From NCBI GenBank assembly GCA_965215005.1, contig CBDCCZ010000018.1:224001-288000 (forward strand): a stretch of DNA of 64,000 bases. The letters run 5' to 3'. A program made the position numbers and the translations under genes. The notes beneath the pieces were generated by a model that worked only from the letters and a program-made list of their open reading frames with translations, ran no database searches and had not been told where the DNA came from. Numbering within the stretch: the stretch's first letter is position 1; every line of letters begins with the position of its first letter. Source of the DNA: Kofleriaceae bacterium (GTDB lineage Bacteria > Myxococcota_A > Polyangia > Haliangiales > Haliangiaceae). Positions 1-8,911 of this stretch are shown one piece after another.

Positions 1-2
1 TC

Positions 3-767
3 GGTCAGCTCGGTACGCGCCACCAACACGTTGACCGCTGCGTCCTTATCGGCTGCAGAGACCGTGGTGCGAGCGGTGCGGTAGAGCTGCGAGAGCGCCG
101 ACTCGAGCTCGGCTTTCGCCGCCTCCGGCGTTGCAGCCGCGGCCGCCTGCTCGAGCTGGCCCGGCACTGCATCGAGCCGTTGCTGAACCGCTTCCGGTTG
201 TAGCTCTGGCGCCTTGGTCTGCCGCAACAGCTCCATCGCTTCCTGCTTGACCTGCTCCCACTGCACGTCGGGCGCATTCGCTCCCTCCGCCAGTCCCGGC
301 ATATCGAGCTTCGCGATGCCACTACCGACCGCGCGCACGCCCTGCGCCGCCACCGAGGCGCCGGTTCCCACCACGCGGAAGGCACCCGAGATCATCGCGC
401 CGACCACCGTGGTCATGAGCGCCACGATTGCCACCGTCGCCAGGGCCCATACCACCAGGCCGTGCAGCGTGCCCTCCCACTTGCGCCGCAGCCCCGCCAA
501 TCGCCCAGCAGCGGCGCCACCGGCCAACAGCGCCAAAATTCCGCTCACCAGCCACCAGATGCCCGCGCCGATCCCCAGTGCCTTGACGCCCGGTGTGTCA
601 CCTGTGGCCGGGTCGATGGTCGTGGCGCCGATCGCCACACCGAGCGCACCGAGCAGCGTCATTACTGCGACCGCGATGAACGCGCCGCCAAAGATCGCGC
701 CCCACGAGGCGCGCTTGAGCGGCGCTAGTTCGTATTCCCTTCGCTCTACCGTCCGTTCGAGTGCCAT
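3..767 (-). CDS. Multi-pass membrane protein, 3' end runs off the window (not in the ORF track)
   Basis: Manual translation from ATG at 767: MALERTVERREYELAALKRASWGAIFGGAFIAVAVMTLLGALGVAIG...; several hydrophobic helices then a helical soluble region; GGAGG RBS at 776-780; no stop seen before the window edge. Confidence 0.8.
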   Translation of the reverse strand, partial: MALERTVERREYELAPLKRASWGAIFGGAFIAVAVMTLLGALGVAIGATTIDPATGDTPGVKALGIGAGIWWLVSGILALLAGGAAAGRLAGLRRKWEGTLHGLVVWALATVAIVALMTTVVGAMISGAFRVVGTGASVAAQGVRAVGSGIAKLDMPGLAEGANAPDVQWEQVKQEAMELLRQTKAPELQPEAVQQRLDAVPGQLEQAAAAATPEAAKAELESALSQLYRTARTTVSAADKDAAVNVLVARTELT

Positions 768-793
768 GATCGTCACCTCCGCGGGACGGCGCT

Positions 794-809
794 TGCATTC
801 ACTGTGCCT
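794..809 (-). promoter_or_regulatory. Putative sigma54 (-24/-12) promoter of the membrane protein gene
   Basis: Minus strand AGGCACAGTGAATGCA = GG-N10-GC with GGCAC and TGCA, placed just upstream of the RBS. Confidence 0.6.
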
Positions 810-869
810 TACCTCACAGGAGAGGCATTTACGGTCGCACAGCTTGCAGCGATTGCAGCCCTCTTCCTG

Positions 870-2927
870 CTAGCGTCTGGCGCGATTGGACAGGCCCGTG
901 TGCTCGAGCAACGCGCGCACGTCGGGCCCGCGACCGCGAAATGCCTCGAAGACCTCGCTGGGCGGGCGACTGCCGCCCAAGGCCAAAACCGTCTCGCGAA
1001 ACCGCCGCCCGGTCGCCGCCACCGCCTCGGGATCGTCGAGGCCGGCTTCCTCGAAGGCGGCAAAGGCGTCGGCCGACAGCACTTCGGCCCATTTGTAGCT
1101 GTAGTATCCGGCGGCGTAGCCACCGGCGAAGATATGCCCAAAGCTGCACAAGAAGCGATCCTCGGCCAGCGGCGGTAGCGGTGAGCTCTCCGCGGCGACG
1201 CGTCGCTGCACCGCAAGGAAATCGGCGATGGGGCCATTATGGAGCTCGAGGTCCAGGGTCGCGAAGTAAACCTGCCGCGCGGTTTGATAGGCGGCGCGGT
1301 AGTTCTTGGCGGCAAGGATCTTGGCGAAAAGCTCCTCGGGCAGGGTCTGGCCGGTATCGACGTGCCGGGCCATCGGCAGGATGACCTCGGGCCTGTAGCA
1401 CCAGTTCTCCATGAACTGGCTCGGCAGCTCCACCGCGTCCCACTCGATGTTGCGAATGCCGGCGGCCGCGGGATGGTCAACCTCGGTGAGCATGTGCTGC
1501 AGGCCGTGACCAAACTCGTGAAACAGCGTCTCGACCTCGATGAAGGTCATCAGCGCCGGCCGCTCGCCCACCGGCGGCGTTGCATTGCAGATCAGGTAGG
1601 CGATCGGCGCGCGCACCGAGCCATCGACGCGTCGCATCCGGTCCAAGGCGGCATTCATCCAAGCTCCGCCGCGCTTGTCTCCGGGGCGACTGAACGGATC
1701 GAGATAAAAGCCAGCGAGCTCGGTGCCGTCGGCGTCGGCGACGCGAAAAAAGCGCACGTCGGGATGCCACACCGGCGCCTGCCCATCAGCGGCGGTGATG
1801 GTGACCTGGAACAAGCGCTGCGCCGTGGCAAACAGGCCTTCGAGCACGCGTGGCTGCGAGAAGTATGGTCGCAGGTCCTCTTCACTATAGGCGTAGCGCT
1901 CTTCACGCAGCCGCTCGGCCCAGTACGGCACGTCCCATAATGCGAGCTCGAGCCCGGGCTCGCTAGTGCGGCGAGCAGCCAGCGCCGTGAGCTCGTCCTG
2001 CTCGGCACGCGCCGCCGGCAGCGCAACCTGTCGCAGCTGCTCGAGGAGAAGCTCCACGGCAGCGACATCCGGCGCCATTTTCACCGCCAAGCTCATAGCC
2101 GCAAAGCTCTCGAAGCCGAGCAATGTGGCTTTCTCGTGGCGTAGCTCGAGGATGCGCTTGATGATCGGTTGGTTGTCGTGGGGCTCGCTCGATGCGCGAC
2201 TTATGAAAGCGCGATAAATTTGCTCGCGAAGGTCGCGACGCGTGCTGTGCTCGAGAAACGGCACGAAGCTCGGCGCATCGAGAGTGATCTTCCACGGCCC
2301 GAGCTCGGGATCCTCGGCTCCGGCGGCCTGCGCCGCGCGAGCCCGCGCGCTCGCGGGCAGCCCCTCCACATCCTCGACCGACGATAGCTCGAGGGCGAAC
2401 GCCTTGGTCGCGTCGAGGACGTTGTTGTTAAAACGCGTCGCCAACTCAGCGAGCTCGGTCGCAATGGCGCTGAAGCGCAGCTTGGCGCTGCCTTGCAGCC
2501 CTACACCGGCTCGCTCCGCCGATTGAATCGAGCTCTCGAGGATGCGCCGCTGCGCTGCATCGAGGCGCTCCCACTGCAGGCCCGTGGCCATCGCCTTCAT
2601 CGCCTGATAGATCGGTGCGCTCTGCTCCACGCGCATAAGTCCCTGCACCACGTCCGATTGGACTGCATCGTGCGCGCTGCGCAGCTCGGGGCGGTTGCGC
2701 ACCGAGAGCAGGTGCTTGACCACGCCCCACGCTCGGCTCACCGGCTCGATCAGGTCCTCGAGGGGAATCATCAGCGTCTCCCAGCTGGTGCCTGGAGTCG
2801 CCTCGAGAGCCGCAAGTCGCTCAGCCATGGTCGCCAGCAGTGCGCGCATCGCGGGCTCGACGTGGGCGGGCTCGATGACATCGAAGGCCGGCAGCTCAGG
2901 TAACTCGAGAAGAGGATTTTGCGACAT
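870..2927 (-). CDS. prlC: Oligopeptidase A (M3A zinc peptidase)
   Basis: FHEFGHGLQH zinc motif, EWDAVELPSQFMENW, GGYAAGYYSYKWAEVL; start MSQNPLL chosen (TACCAT 7 nt upstream). Confidence 0.93.
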   Translation of the reverse strand: MSQNPLLELPELPAFDVIEPAHVEPAMRALLATMAERLAALEATPGTSWETLMIPLEDLIEPVSRAWGVVKHLLSVRNRPELRSAHDAVQSDVVQGLMRVEQSAPIYQAMKAMATGLQWERLDAAQRRILESSIQSAERAGVGLQGSAKLRFSAIATELAELATRFNNNVLDATKAFALELSSVEDVEGLPASARARAAQAAGAEDPELGPWKITLDAPSFVPFLEHSTRRDLREQIYRAFISRASSEPHDNQPIIKRILELRHEKATLLGFESFAAMSLAVKMAPDVAAVELLLEQLRQVALPAARAEQDELTALAARRTSEPGLELALWDVPYWAERLREERYAYSEEDLRPYFSQPRVLEGLFATAQRLFQVTITAADGQAPVWHPDVRFFRVADADGTELAGFYLDPFSRPGDKRGGAWMNAALDRMRRVDGSVRAPIAYLICNATPPVGERPALMTFIEVETLFHEFGHGLQHMLTEVDHPAAAGIRNIEWDAVELPSQFMENWCYRPEVILPMARHVDTGQTLPEELFAKILAAKNYRAAYQTARQVYFATLDLELHNGPIADFLAVQRRVAAESSPLPPLAEDRFLCSFGHIFAGGYAAGYYSYKWAEVLSADAFAAFEEAGLDDPEAVAATGRRFRETVLALGGSRPPSEVFEAFRGRGPDVRALLEHTGLSNRARR

Positions 2928-3058
2928 CGGTCTCATGGTACCGCCGCCCTCGATGCTGTGCAGGGGCCGGTGTGTGAGGTCCCACTGCGACCGGCGAAGG
3001 CTCCAGTGCGGCACCCGCGCCGTGGGCGCAACGAGGCGAGATCACGAGTGAGAAGCTG

Positions 3059-3074
3059 CGGCATGCGGTTTGCG
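3059..3074 (+). promoter_or_regulatory. Putative sigma54 promoter
   Basis: CGGCATGCGGTTTGCG = GG-N10-GC with TTGC, about 13 nt before ATG 3087. Confidence 0.5.
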
Positions 3075-3086
3075 AATGCCCCGAGC

Positions 3087-3680
3087 ATGCGACGTATGGC
3101 GAGCTCTCTGTTGTTAATCGGCGCTCTGGCGCTCTCGCTTCCTGCTTGTGTGGTCGGCGAGGGCATGACCCCGATGGGAAGTCCGGGCACCGACGCCGGT
3201 GGCCCTGCCGGCGACGGTAGCCCGACAGGCGGCGCGGTTCCGACGCCTGGCGATCCCAACGCGCCCACAGGCGGTGCCGATGCCGGTCCAGCGGCGGTCG
3301 ACACCCTGGCCGCTTTCGGCGCGTGCATGACGCTGGCCGATTGGGACGCGGCCAATCTCGGGCAGATCGCGCTGATTCAAAGCAATCAAGGCGCCTGCAC
3401 GACCTGCCACGGCGCCGGCACCTACGGCGTCTATCTCAACGCCGACAACGTGCTCACCTTCGAGCAGTCGAAGGTCCGCCCGTACGTGCTGCAATACGCC
3501 GATTTAGGCGTGCAGGACGAGTTCGTTCTGCCCGATACGTTGGTAGTCAAAGGTCAAGATCCTGCCCACCCGAGCTACACGATGCCGGCGGCGTTGCAGC
3601 AGGGCCTACAGCAGTTCTTCGACGCCACCAACGCCCGCTACGTCGCCAATGGCGGCAACTGCCCGGCGGAAGCACTGTAA
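3087..3680 (+). CDS. Lipoprotein with a single CxxCH (putative monoheme c-type cytochrome)
   Basis: Signal peptide with lipobox LPAC, Gly/Pro-rich linker, CTTCH motif. Confidence 0.7.
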   Translation: MRRMASSLLLIGALALSLPACVVGEGMTPMGSPGTDAGGPAGDGSPTGGAVPTPGDPNAPTGGADAGPAAVDTLAAFGACMTLADWDAANLGQIALIQSNQGACTTCHGAGTYGVYLNADNVLTFEQSKVRPYVLQYADLGVQDEFVLPDTLVVKGQDPAHPSYTMPAALQQGLQQFFDATNARYVANGGNCPAEAL

Positions 3681-3812
3681 ACCTCGCCGGCAGCGACGCC
3701 GGTGATGTGGCGACGCTGCTGGTGCGACCTCTTCCCTCGCCCTGTCGGTTTTCCCGCGAGTTCGGCAACTCTGGCCGGCAACCACTCGCCGGCAAGCAGC
3801 TACAATGGCTGC

Positions 3813-5018
3813 GTGGCGCTGCTCCTGGACATCGCGAAGCTCTTGCGCTGGCAAGACATCGTCGATGTCGCGATTCTCACCCTGCTGCTGTTTCGCGCGT
3901 ATCTGTGGCTTCGCGGCACCGTCGCGCTGCAGGTGCTGATCGGCATGCTCATCCTCGTCGGCAGTGGCTTCGTCGCTGCCGAGCTCGGACTGATCCTCAC
4001 GGCGTACGTGCTGCAAGCGCTGGGCGCGGTAGTCACGCTAACCGCGGTGGTGCTATTTCGGGACGAGATCCGCCAGGGCCTGCGGCAAGCCAATCCACTG
4101 CGCTGGTGGCGCTCGCGTAAGAGCAGCGGCGAGCAGCGCGATCAATACGTCGAGCTTGCCGAGAGTGTCTTTGCGCTGGCACAAAAGCGCATTGGGGCAC
4201 TCGTGGTGCTCCCTGGGATCGATCAGGTCGACGAGCACGTCACCGGCGGCACCGAGCTCGACGCGCGCCTCTCGCCGCTGTTGTTCGAGGCCATCTTCCA
4301 CACCGGCTCGCCCATCCATGATGGCGCAGCCGTGGTTGATGGCGCATGCGTTCGACGCGCCGGTGCGTTCCTGCCGCTCAGCACGTCGGCGCAGCTGCCC
4401 AAGCGCTATGGCACGCGGCATCGCGCGGCCGCCGGTCTCACCGAGCAGTGCGACGCCGTGGTGCTCATCGCCAGCGAGGAAAGCGGCAACGTCTCACTCG
4501 CAGCCGCCGGGCGCATCGCCGTTGCACCCACGCCGGAGGTGCTCGCTGAGCGCATTGCGCGGACGGTGGGACGCGGCAGCTCACCCGCACCACGAAGAGC
4601 CACGATGATGATCGCGGCCACAGCCACGCCGTCGCGGCGCCGGCTCATCGACACCGCCTGGTTCTCCGGAATCTTGGTGTTCGTGTTGACCGCCTGGTAC
4701 TCGGTCGCCGGCGACCGCAACACCATCATCACGCCCACGGTCCCGCTCGAGCTGCGCAATCTGCCCGCAGGACTCGATGTCGATCCACCGCAGCCGGCGC
4801 AAGTGACGCTGCACCTGCGTGGACCTCGCAAGCTGCTCCTCGAAAGCGATCGCGATGAGCTGGAGACGTGGGTCAATCTCGATAAGCTCGAGCCCGGTGT
4901 CCGCCGCATGAACGTTTCCGCGGCGGCTCCGGCCGGCGTCGTGGTCGAGAAGGTTCAGCCCGACACGGTCGTGTTGCGCGCTCGCAAGGCGCCGCCTACG
5001 CCCAAGCTCAAGCGTTAA
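3813..5018 (+). CDS. cdaA: Diadenylate cyclase (CdaA/DacA type) fused to a C-terminal TM + YbbR (CdaR-like) domain
   Basis: Three N-terminal TM helices, HDGA and GTRHRAA catalytic motifs, SEE-G motif; then a TM and VPLELRNLP...VTLHLRGPR...V-PDTV YbbR-like pattern. Confidence 0.85.
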   Translation: MALLLDIAKLLRWQDIVDVAILTLLLFRAYLWLRGTVALQVLIGMLILVGSGFVAAELGLILTAYVLQALGAVVTLTAVVLFRDEIRQGLRQANPLRWWRSRKSSGEQRDQYVELAESVFALAQKRIGALVVLPGIDQVDEHVTGGTELDARLSPLLFEAIFHTGSPIHDGAAVVDGACVRRAGAFLPLSTSAQLPKRYGTRHRAAAGLTEQCDAVVLIASEESGNVSLAAAGRIAVAPTPEVLAERIARTVGRGSSPAPRRATMMIAATATPSRRRLIDTAWFSGILVFVLTAWYSVAGDRNTIITPTVPLELRNLPAGLDVDPPQPAQVTLHLRGPRKLLLESDRDELETWVNLDKLEPGVRRMNVSAAAPAGVVVEKVQPDTVVLRARKAPPTPKLKR

Positions 5019-5024
5019 CGGGCA

Positions 5025-5843
5025 TCACTGCCGCGCCAGGGCCAGCAGCTGCTCGGCGCGCGCTGGCGTATCGGCCAGCGCATAGGCGCCAAGTCCCACG
5101 CCCACCCCGGGATCCCGTCGCTGCCACGGACCGTCGGCAAGTAGCACAGCGCCGCCTGCTTCGGTCACCGCCAAAAAGCCGATGGCACGGCGGCGGTCGG
5201 TGTCGCCGAGGTGAACCGAGCCGAGGCCGCGGCCCAGTGCCGGTGCTGCACTATCGACCGCTGAGCACCGCGACAGCTCGACCTCGTACTGCTCCGCGAG
5301 CCGCTCGCGCAGCCGTCGCGGCGTTCGCGGCGGCACCAAGATCCGCGGCGGCAGCTCGGCCACGTGCACTCGCTCGGTGCGACCACCATCGGCGCAGCGA
5401 TAGCAACCACCACCCGCGATAGCCCAATACGTCACGCGCCACGCCGGATAGTAGAGAACCACCGCATCGAAGCGAGCCTGCTCGACCCACGCGCCCATCA
5501 CCGCGTAGTCCTTGGAACCGCGCAGATAGTTGAAGCTGCCGTCGATCGGATCGACCACCACGAGCGGCTGCGCGACGTCGGGCGGAGCGAAGCGAGCAAC
5601 GCTTTGCGTATCCTCTTCGGCATCCATGGCGACATCGCCAAAGCTCTCGGCCAGTCGCAGTAGCAGAACGTCCTGCGCCGCCAGATCGGCCGCCGAGAGT
5701 GCTTCTCCTTCCGGACACGAGAAGCCCTCTTTGCCGACGTTCTCCACTTCTCCTTGCAGGCGACGTGCAACGGCACCGGCTTGCGCCGCCGCGGCGCGAA
5801 ACACCTCGACGAACTTCTCCGCGCGCGGTTGAGCAGCTGCCAT
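5025..5843 (-). CDS. Inositol monophosphatase family protein
   Basis: AEE and VVDPIDGSFNY metal-binding motifs. Confidence 0.8.
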   Translation of the reverse strand: MAAAQPRAEKFVEVFRAAAAQAGAVARRLQGEVENVGKEGFSCPEGEALSAADLAAQDVLLLRLAESFGDVAMDAEEDTQSVARFAPPDVAQPLVVVDPIDGSFNYLRGSKDYAVMGAWVEQARFDAVVLYYPAWRVTYWAIAGGGCYRCADGGRTERVHVAELPPRILVPPRTPRRLRERLAEQYEVELSRCSAVDSAAPALGRGLGSVHLGDTDRRRAIGFLAVTEAGGAVLLADGPWQRRDPGVGVGLGAYALADTPARAEQLLALARQ

Positions 5844-5888
5844 CCTCGCAACGTACGCTGGCGCTAGGCGCGCTGCAAACCCGTGAGC

Positions 5889-8054
5889 TCAGCCATCGAG
5901 CCGCGCCAGCGGTAGCCGGACGAGCGAGCCATCGGCAGCAAACGACTCGAGCCACTGGTCGGCGCCGGGATCGGCGCTGCCATCGAGCTCGCCGCTCTTG
6001 CGCGAAGCTCTCGCGTGGCGCCACCGCCCTGCTTCCCAGCCGTCGCCGGCATCTTCAAAGACCGCGCCGCGGGCGGTTTCTGGCTCCATCCCGGCGCGCC
6101 AGATCAACGGCTGCCACCAGGCGCTGCCGGTGTGCGCGCGCGGTTCCGTCATCGGCACCAGCGAGCCGCCGCGTTGCAGCAGTGGACAGCGTTCAAGCGG
6201 CGCCGACACCTGCACCCGCGCCGGCCCGCGATGCAGGCTGCCGGTCCAGAAATCTGTCCACCACCCTTCCGGCAGGTACACCTGCCGCTCGCGGATCCCC
6301 GGCGCCAGCACGGGCGCGGCCAGCAACGCATCCCCCAACATCAGCTGCGAGTCGAGTGCACCGACCTCGGGATCTTCAGGCCACTCATAGACCAGCGGTC
6401 GCAGGATCGGCTGCCCTTCGGTGGCGGCGAGGCGCGCCAGCGTATAGAGATACGGCAGCAGTCGATAGCGCAGCCGCAGTGCCTGGCGGCTCGCGGCCAG
6501 CACCTGCTCGCCGAATCGCCACGGCTCTTGCCGGCAGGTGTCGTGAGCGCTGTGATTGCGCAGAAACGGATAGAACACCCCGAGCCACAGCCAACGGGCC
6601 AGCAGCTCTCCGTCAGCATCACCGGAAAAACCACCGACATCCGCACCGCAGAAGGGCATGCCGCTGAGGCCGAGGTTGCATAGCATTGGAATGGATTGCG
6701 CCAGGTGCTCCCAATTGCTTTCGTTGTCACCTGTCCAGATGAACGCGTAGCGGTGAAGGTCCGCGTAGCCAGCGCGACTCAGCACAAACGGGCGTCGCTC
6801 CGGCCGCTGCGACGCGAGCGCCGCTTGCGTCGCTTCGCACATGCGCGAGCCGTAGAGGTTGTGGACCTGGTCGTGCGAGCCGCTCTGGTGAACGACATCG
6901 GCGGGAAAATCACAGGGAGCGCCCTTGCTGTCGTGGCTCACGGGCTCGTTCATGTCGTTCCAGAAGCCCGCAACACCAAGGTCGGTATAGAAACGGTGTT
7001 GCTCGCCCCACCACGCGCGGACCCGCTCGGAAGTGAAATCGGGCCACACGGTTCGTCCTGCCCAAAGACGCCCGTGCCACACGTGCCCGCGCCGGTGCAC
7101 GAAGACGTCCTCGGCCAAGCCGGCTTCGTAGAGCTGCACACCTGATTCGGCTTTGACCGCGGGATCGACGATTACCACCGTGCGGATATCATGCTCGGCG
7201 AGCGTGGCGATGGTCTGCGCCGGCTCGGGAAACGCGGCGCGATCGAAGGAGAACACCTCGAACGCGTCCATGTGGTCGATATCGAGCCACAGCGCGTCGA
7301 GGGGCAGCTGCCGGCGGCGATGCTCACGCGCCATCGCCACCAGCTCCTCGGCGCTCGCCTGGCCCCAGCGACTGTGATGATAGCCAAACGCCCACAGCGG
7401 CGGCATCGGTGCGGTTCCCATGAGCGCCGCGTACCGAGCCAGAATATCGGCTGGCCGGGGGCCCGCGAGCAAGTAGACGTCGAGCCGAGGAGACTGGGCG
7501 CACACTCGCACGTCGGCGCCGCGCAGGTCGATGGTGGTGCGGCGAGGCTCGTCGACGAACATCGCCGTGCAGTGGCCGTTGTCTTCGACGATCATCGTCA
7601 AGGTATGGGTGAGATACAGCGGGTCGTCCTCGGGTCCATACGCGGGCTTGTCGCTGTTCCAGTTGCTCCAACGCCTGCCGCGTTTGTCGAGACCACCGGT
7701 GCGCTCACCGAGCCCGTAGCAGCGATAGCCGCGGGAGGGCGTTAGCCAAACCTCGATGCCCTCGCGCTGATGCCACTGCAGCCGACTCTGATGCCACTGC
7801 AGCTCCGCAGCGGCGCCGCAAATGTGAACGACGTCTGAGTCGGCTTGCAGCTCGAGCCAAGGCGGCTCGTGGCGACAACGGACCGGGCGACGCGCTGGGC
7901 GAGCGACGCCTAAGGCCGCACCACCTCCCGCAGCAGCCCACGCCAACCGCCAGATTCCTGGCCCCGGCGAGCTCACCGTCAGAGCGCCGGCCAAGCCTGC
8001 GAAGTGCCATTGATCATGTTCTGCCGTGCACTGCGGCAGCGCCAAACGCGTCAC
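5889..8054 (-). CDS. Glycoside hydrolase family 31 (alpha-glucosidase-like)
   Basis: WLDIDHM, FWNDMNEP nucleophile motif, WTGDN, GADVGGF, PFLRNH. Confidence 0.93.
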   Translation of the reverse strand: MTRLALPQCTAEHDQWHFAGLAGALTVSSPGPGIWRLAWAAAGGGAALGVARPARRPVRCRHEPPWLELQADSDVVHICGAAAELQWHQSRLQWHQREGIEVWLTPSRGYRCYGLGERTGGLDKRGRRWSNWNSDKPAYGPEDDPLYLTHTLTMIVEDNGHCTAMFVDEPRRTTIDLRGADVRVCAQSPRLDVYLLAGPRPADILARYAALMGTAPMPPLWAFGYHHSRWGQASAEELVAMAREHRRRQLPLDALWLDIDHMDAFEVFSFDRAAFPEPAQTIATLAEHDIRTVVIVDPAVKAESGVQLYEAGLAEDVFVHRRGHVWHGRLWAGRTVWPDFTSERVRAWWGEQHRFYTDLGVAGFWNDMNEPVSHDSKGAPCDFPADVVHQSGSHDQVHNLYGSRMCEATQAALASQRPERRPFVLSRAGYADLHRYAFIWTGDNESNWEHLAQSIPMLCNLGLSGMPFCGADVGGFSGDADGELLARWLWLGVFYPFLRNHSAHDTCRQEPWRFGEQVLAASRQALRLRYRLLPYLYTLARLAATEGQPILRPLVYEWPEDPEVGALDSQLMLGDALLAAPVLAPGIRERQVYLPEGWWTDFWTGSLHRGPARVQVSAPLERCPLLQRGGSLVPMTEPRAHTGSAWWQPLIWRAGMEPETARGAVFEDAGDGWEAGRWRHARASRKSGELDGSADPGADQWLESFAADGSLVRLPLARLDG

Positions 8055-8115
8055 CGCTGCAGTATGCGTTCACGCAGCGGCGCTGGCTCGATGCACCGCG
8101 GGGCCGGAGGCGCAC

Positions 8116-8415
8116 TCACCGCAGCCGCGGCAGGCCGCTCATTCCTGCGCGGCAAAGATACTGGCGCACGCGGGCGATGAGGATGCCGACCGCTTGCCCC
8201 TCGACATCATCGCCGGCCGGCATTTCGTGCGCCATGGCATCGAGATGGCACACGGCCTCTTCCATGGTGTGGAGCTGGGTGCCAAGAGCGGCTGCCAAGT
8301 CCAAGGTGCGGCGCCGGAATGGCTCTAACAAAGGGCCACGCAGCGGCGCGGTGACGGCTTGCTCGCGCAGCCAGTTCCGCAGGGTAGGAAGGTCAATGGT
8401 AACAGCATTGTTCAT
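8116..8415 (-). CDS. Small hypothetical protein
   Basis: Fills the gap between genes; helical, protein-like composition; start uncertain. Confidence 0.45.
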   Translation of the reverse strand: MNNAVTIDLPTLRNWLREQAVTAPLRGPLLEPFRRRTLDLAAALGTQLHTMEEAVCHLDAMAHEMPAGDDVEGQAVGILIARVRQYLCRAGMSGLPRLR

Positions 8416-8620
8416 AGGGAAGGCGAGCCGGTCATCCATGACCGGCTGACCACGCCAGCATAGGCAACCAACGGTGGCGGGTGGTGGCAGGACTAGGCAA
8501 AGTTCTGACACCGGGAGGCGCCCTACCCGGGCCGCGACGCCACCTGCAATCGATAACATTCTGGCGTTCCGCCTTTCCCTCCCGCGCCGAGCGCGCTAGC
8601 GATCATGAAAGGAGGTTTCG

Positions 8621-8911
8621 TTGACGGGAGACATCGCCACCGAAGACGCGTTGGTCCAACGCCGCATCGAGCGCGACTTGCGTACCGGGCTCATAGACAC
8701 CGCCGATCTCGACGTCGAGCCGCCCGAGGAGCTCGCTCCGGGCTGCTACCGCATGCTGGTGCGCGCGTTCGTCGAGGCGGGCCCCGGGGATGAGGCCAAA
8801 GCCGCACTCGAGTCTTACTACCTCTATGTCCGCAATCGCCGGCGCCGACGGCGGGCCGCTCCCGAGGCAGAATCCAGTGCGGGTCCCGACCTATCGCGGT
8901 GGATCCGCTGA
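8621..8911 (+). CDS. Small hypothetical protein
   Basis: Strong AAGGAGG RBS before TTG start; plausible composition. Confidence 0.6.
   Translation: MTGDIATEDALVQRRIERDLRTGLIDTADLDVEPPEELAPGCYRMLVRAFVEAGPGDEAKAALESYYLYVRNRRRRRRAAPEAESSAGPDLSRWIR

Noticed and set aside
214..873. Plus-strand 219-aa ORF and the many similar long antisense ORFs across the window
   Set aside because: Shadow ORFs of high-GC genes, opposite well-supported CDSs, with Arg/Ala/Ser-biased composition
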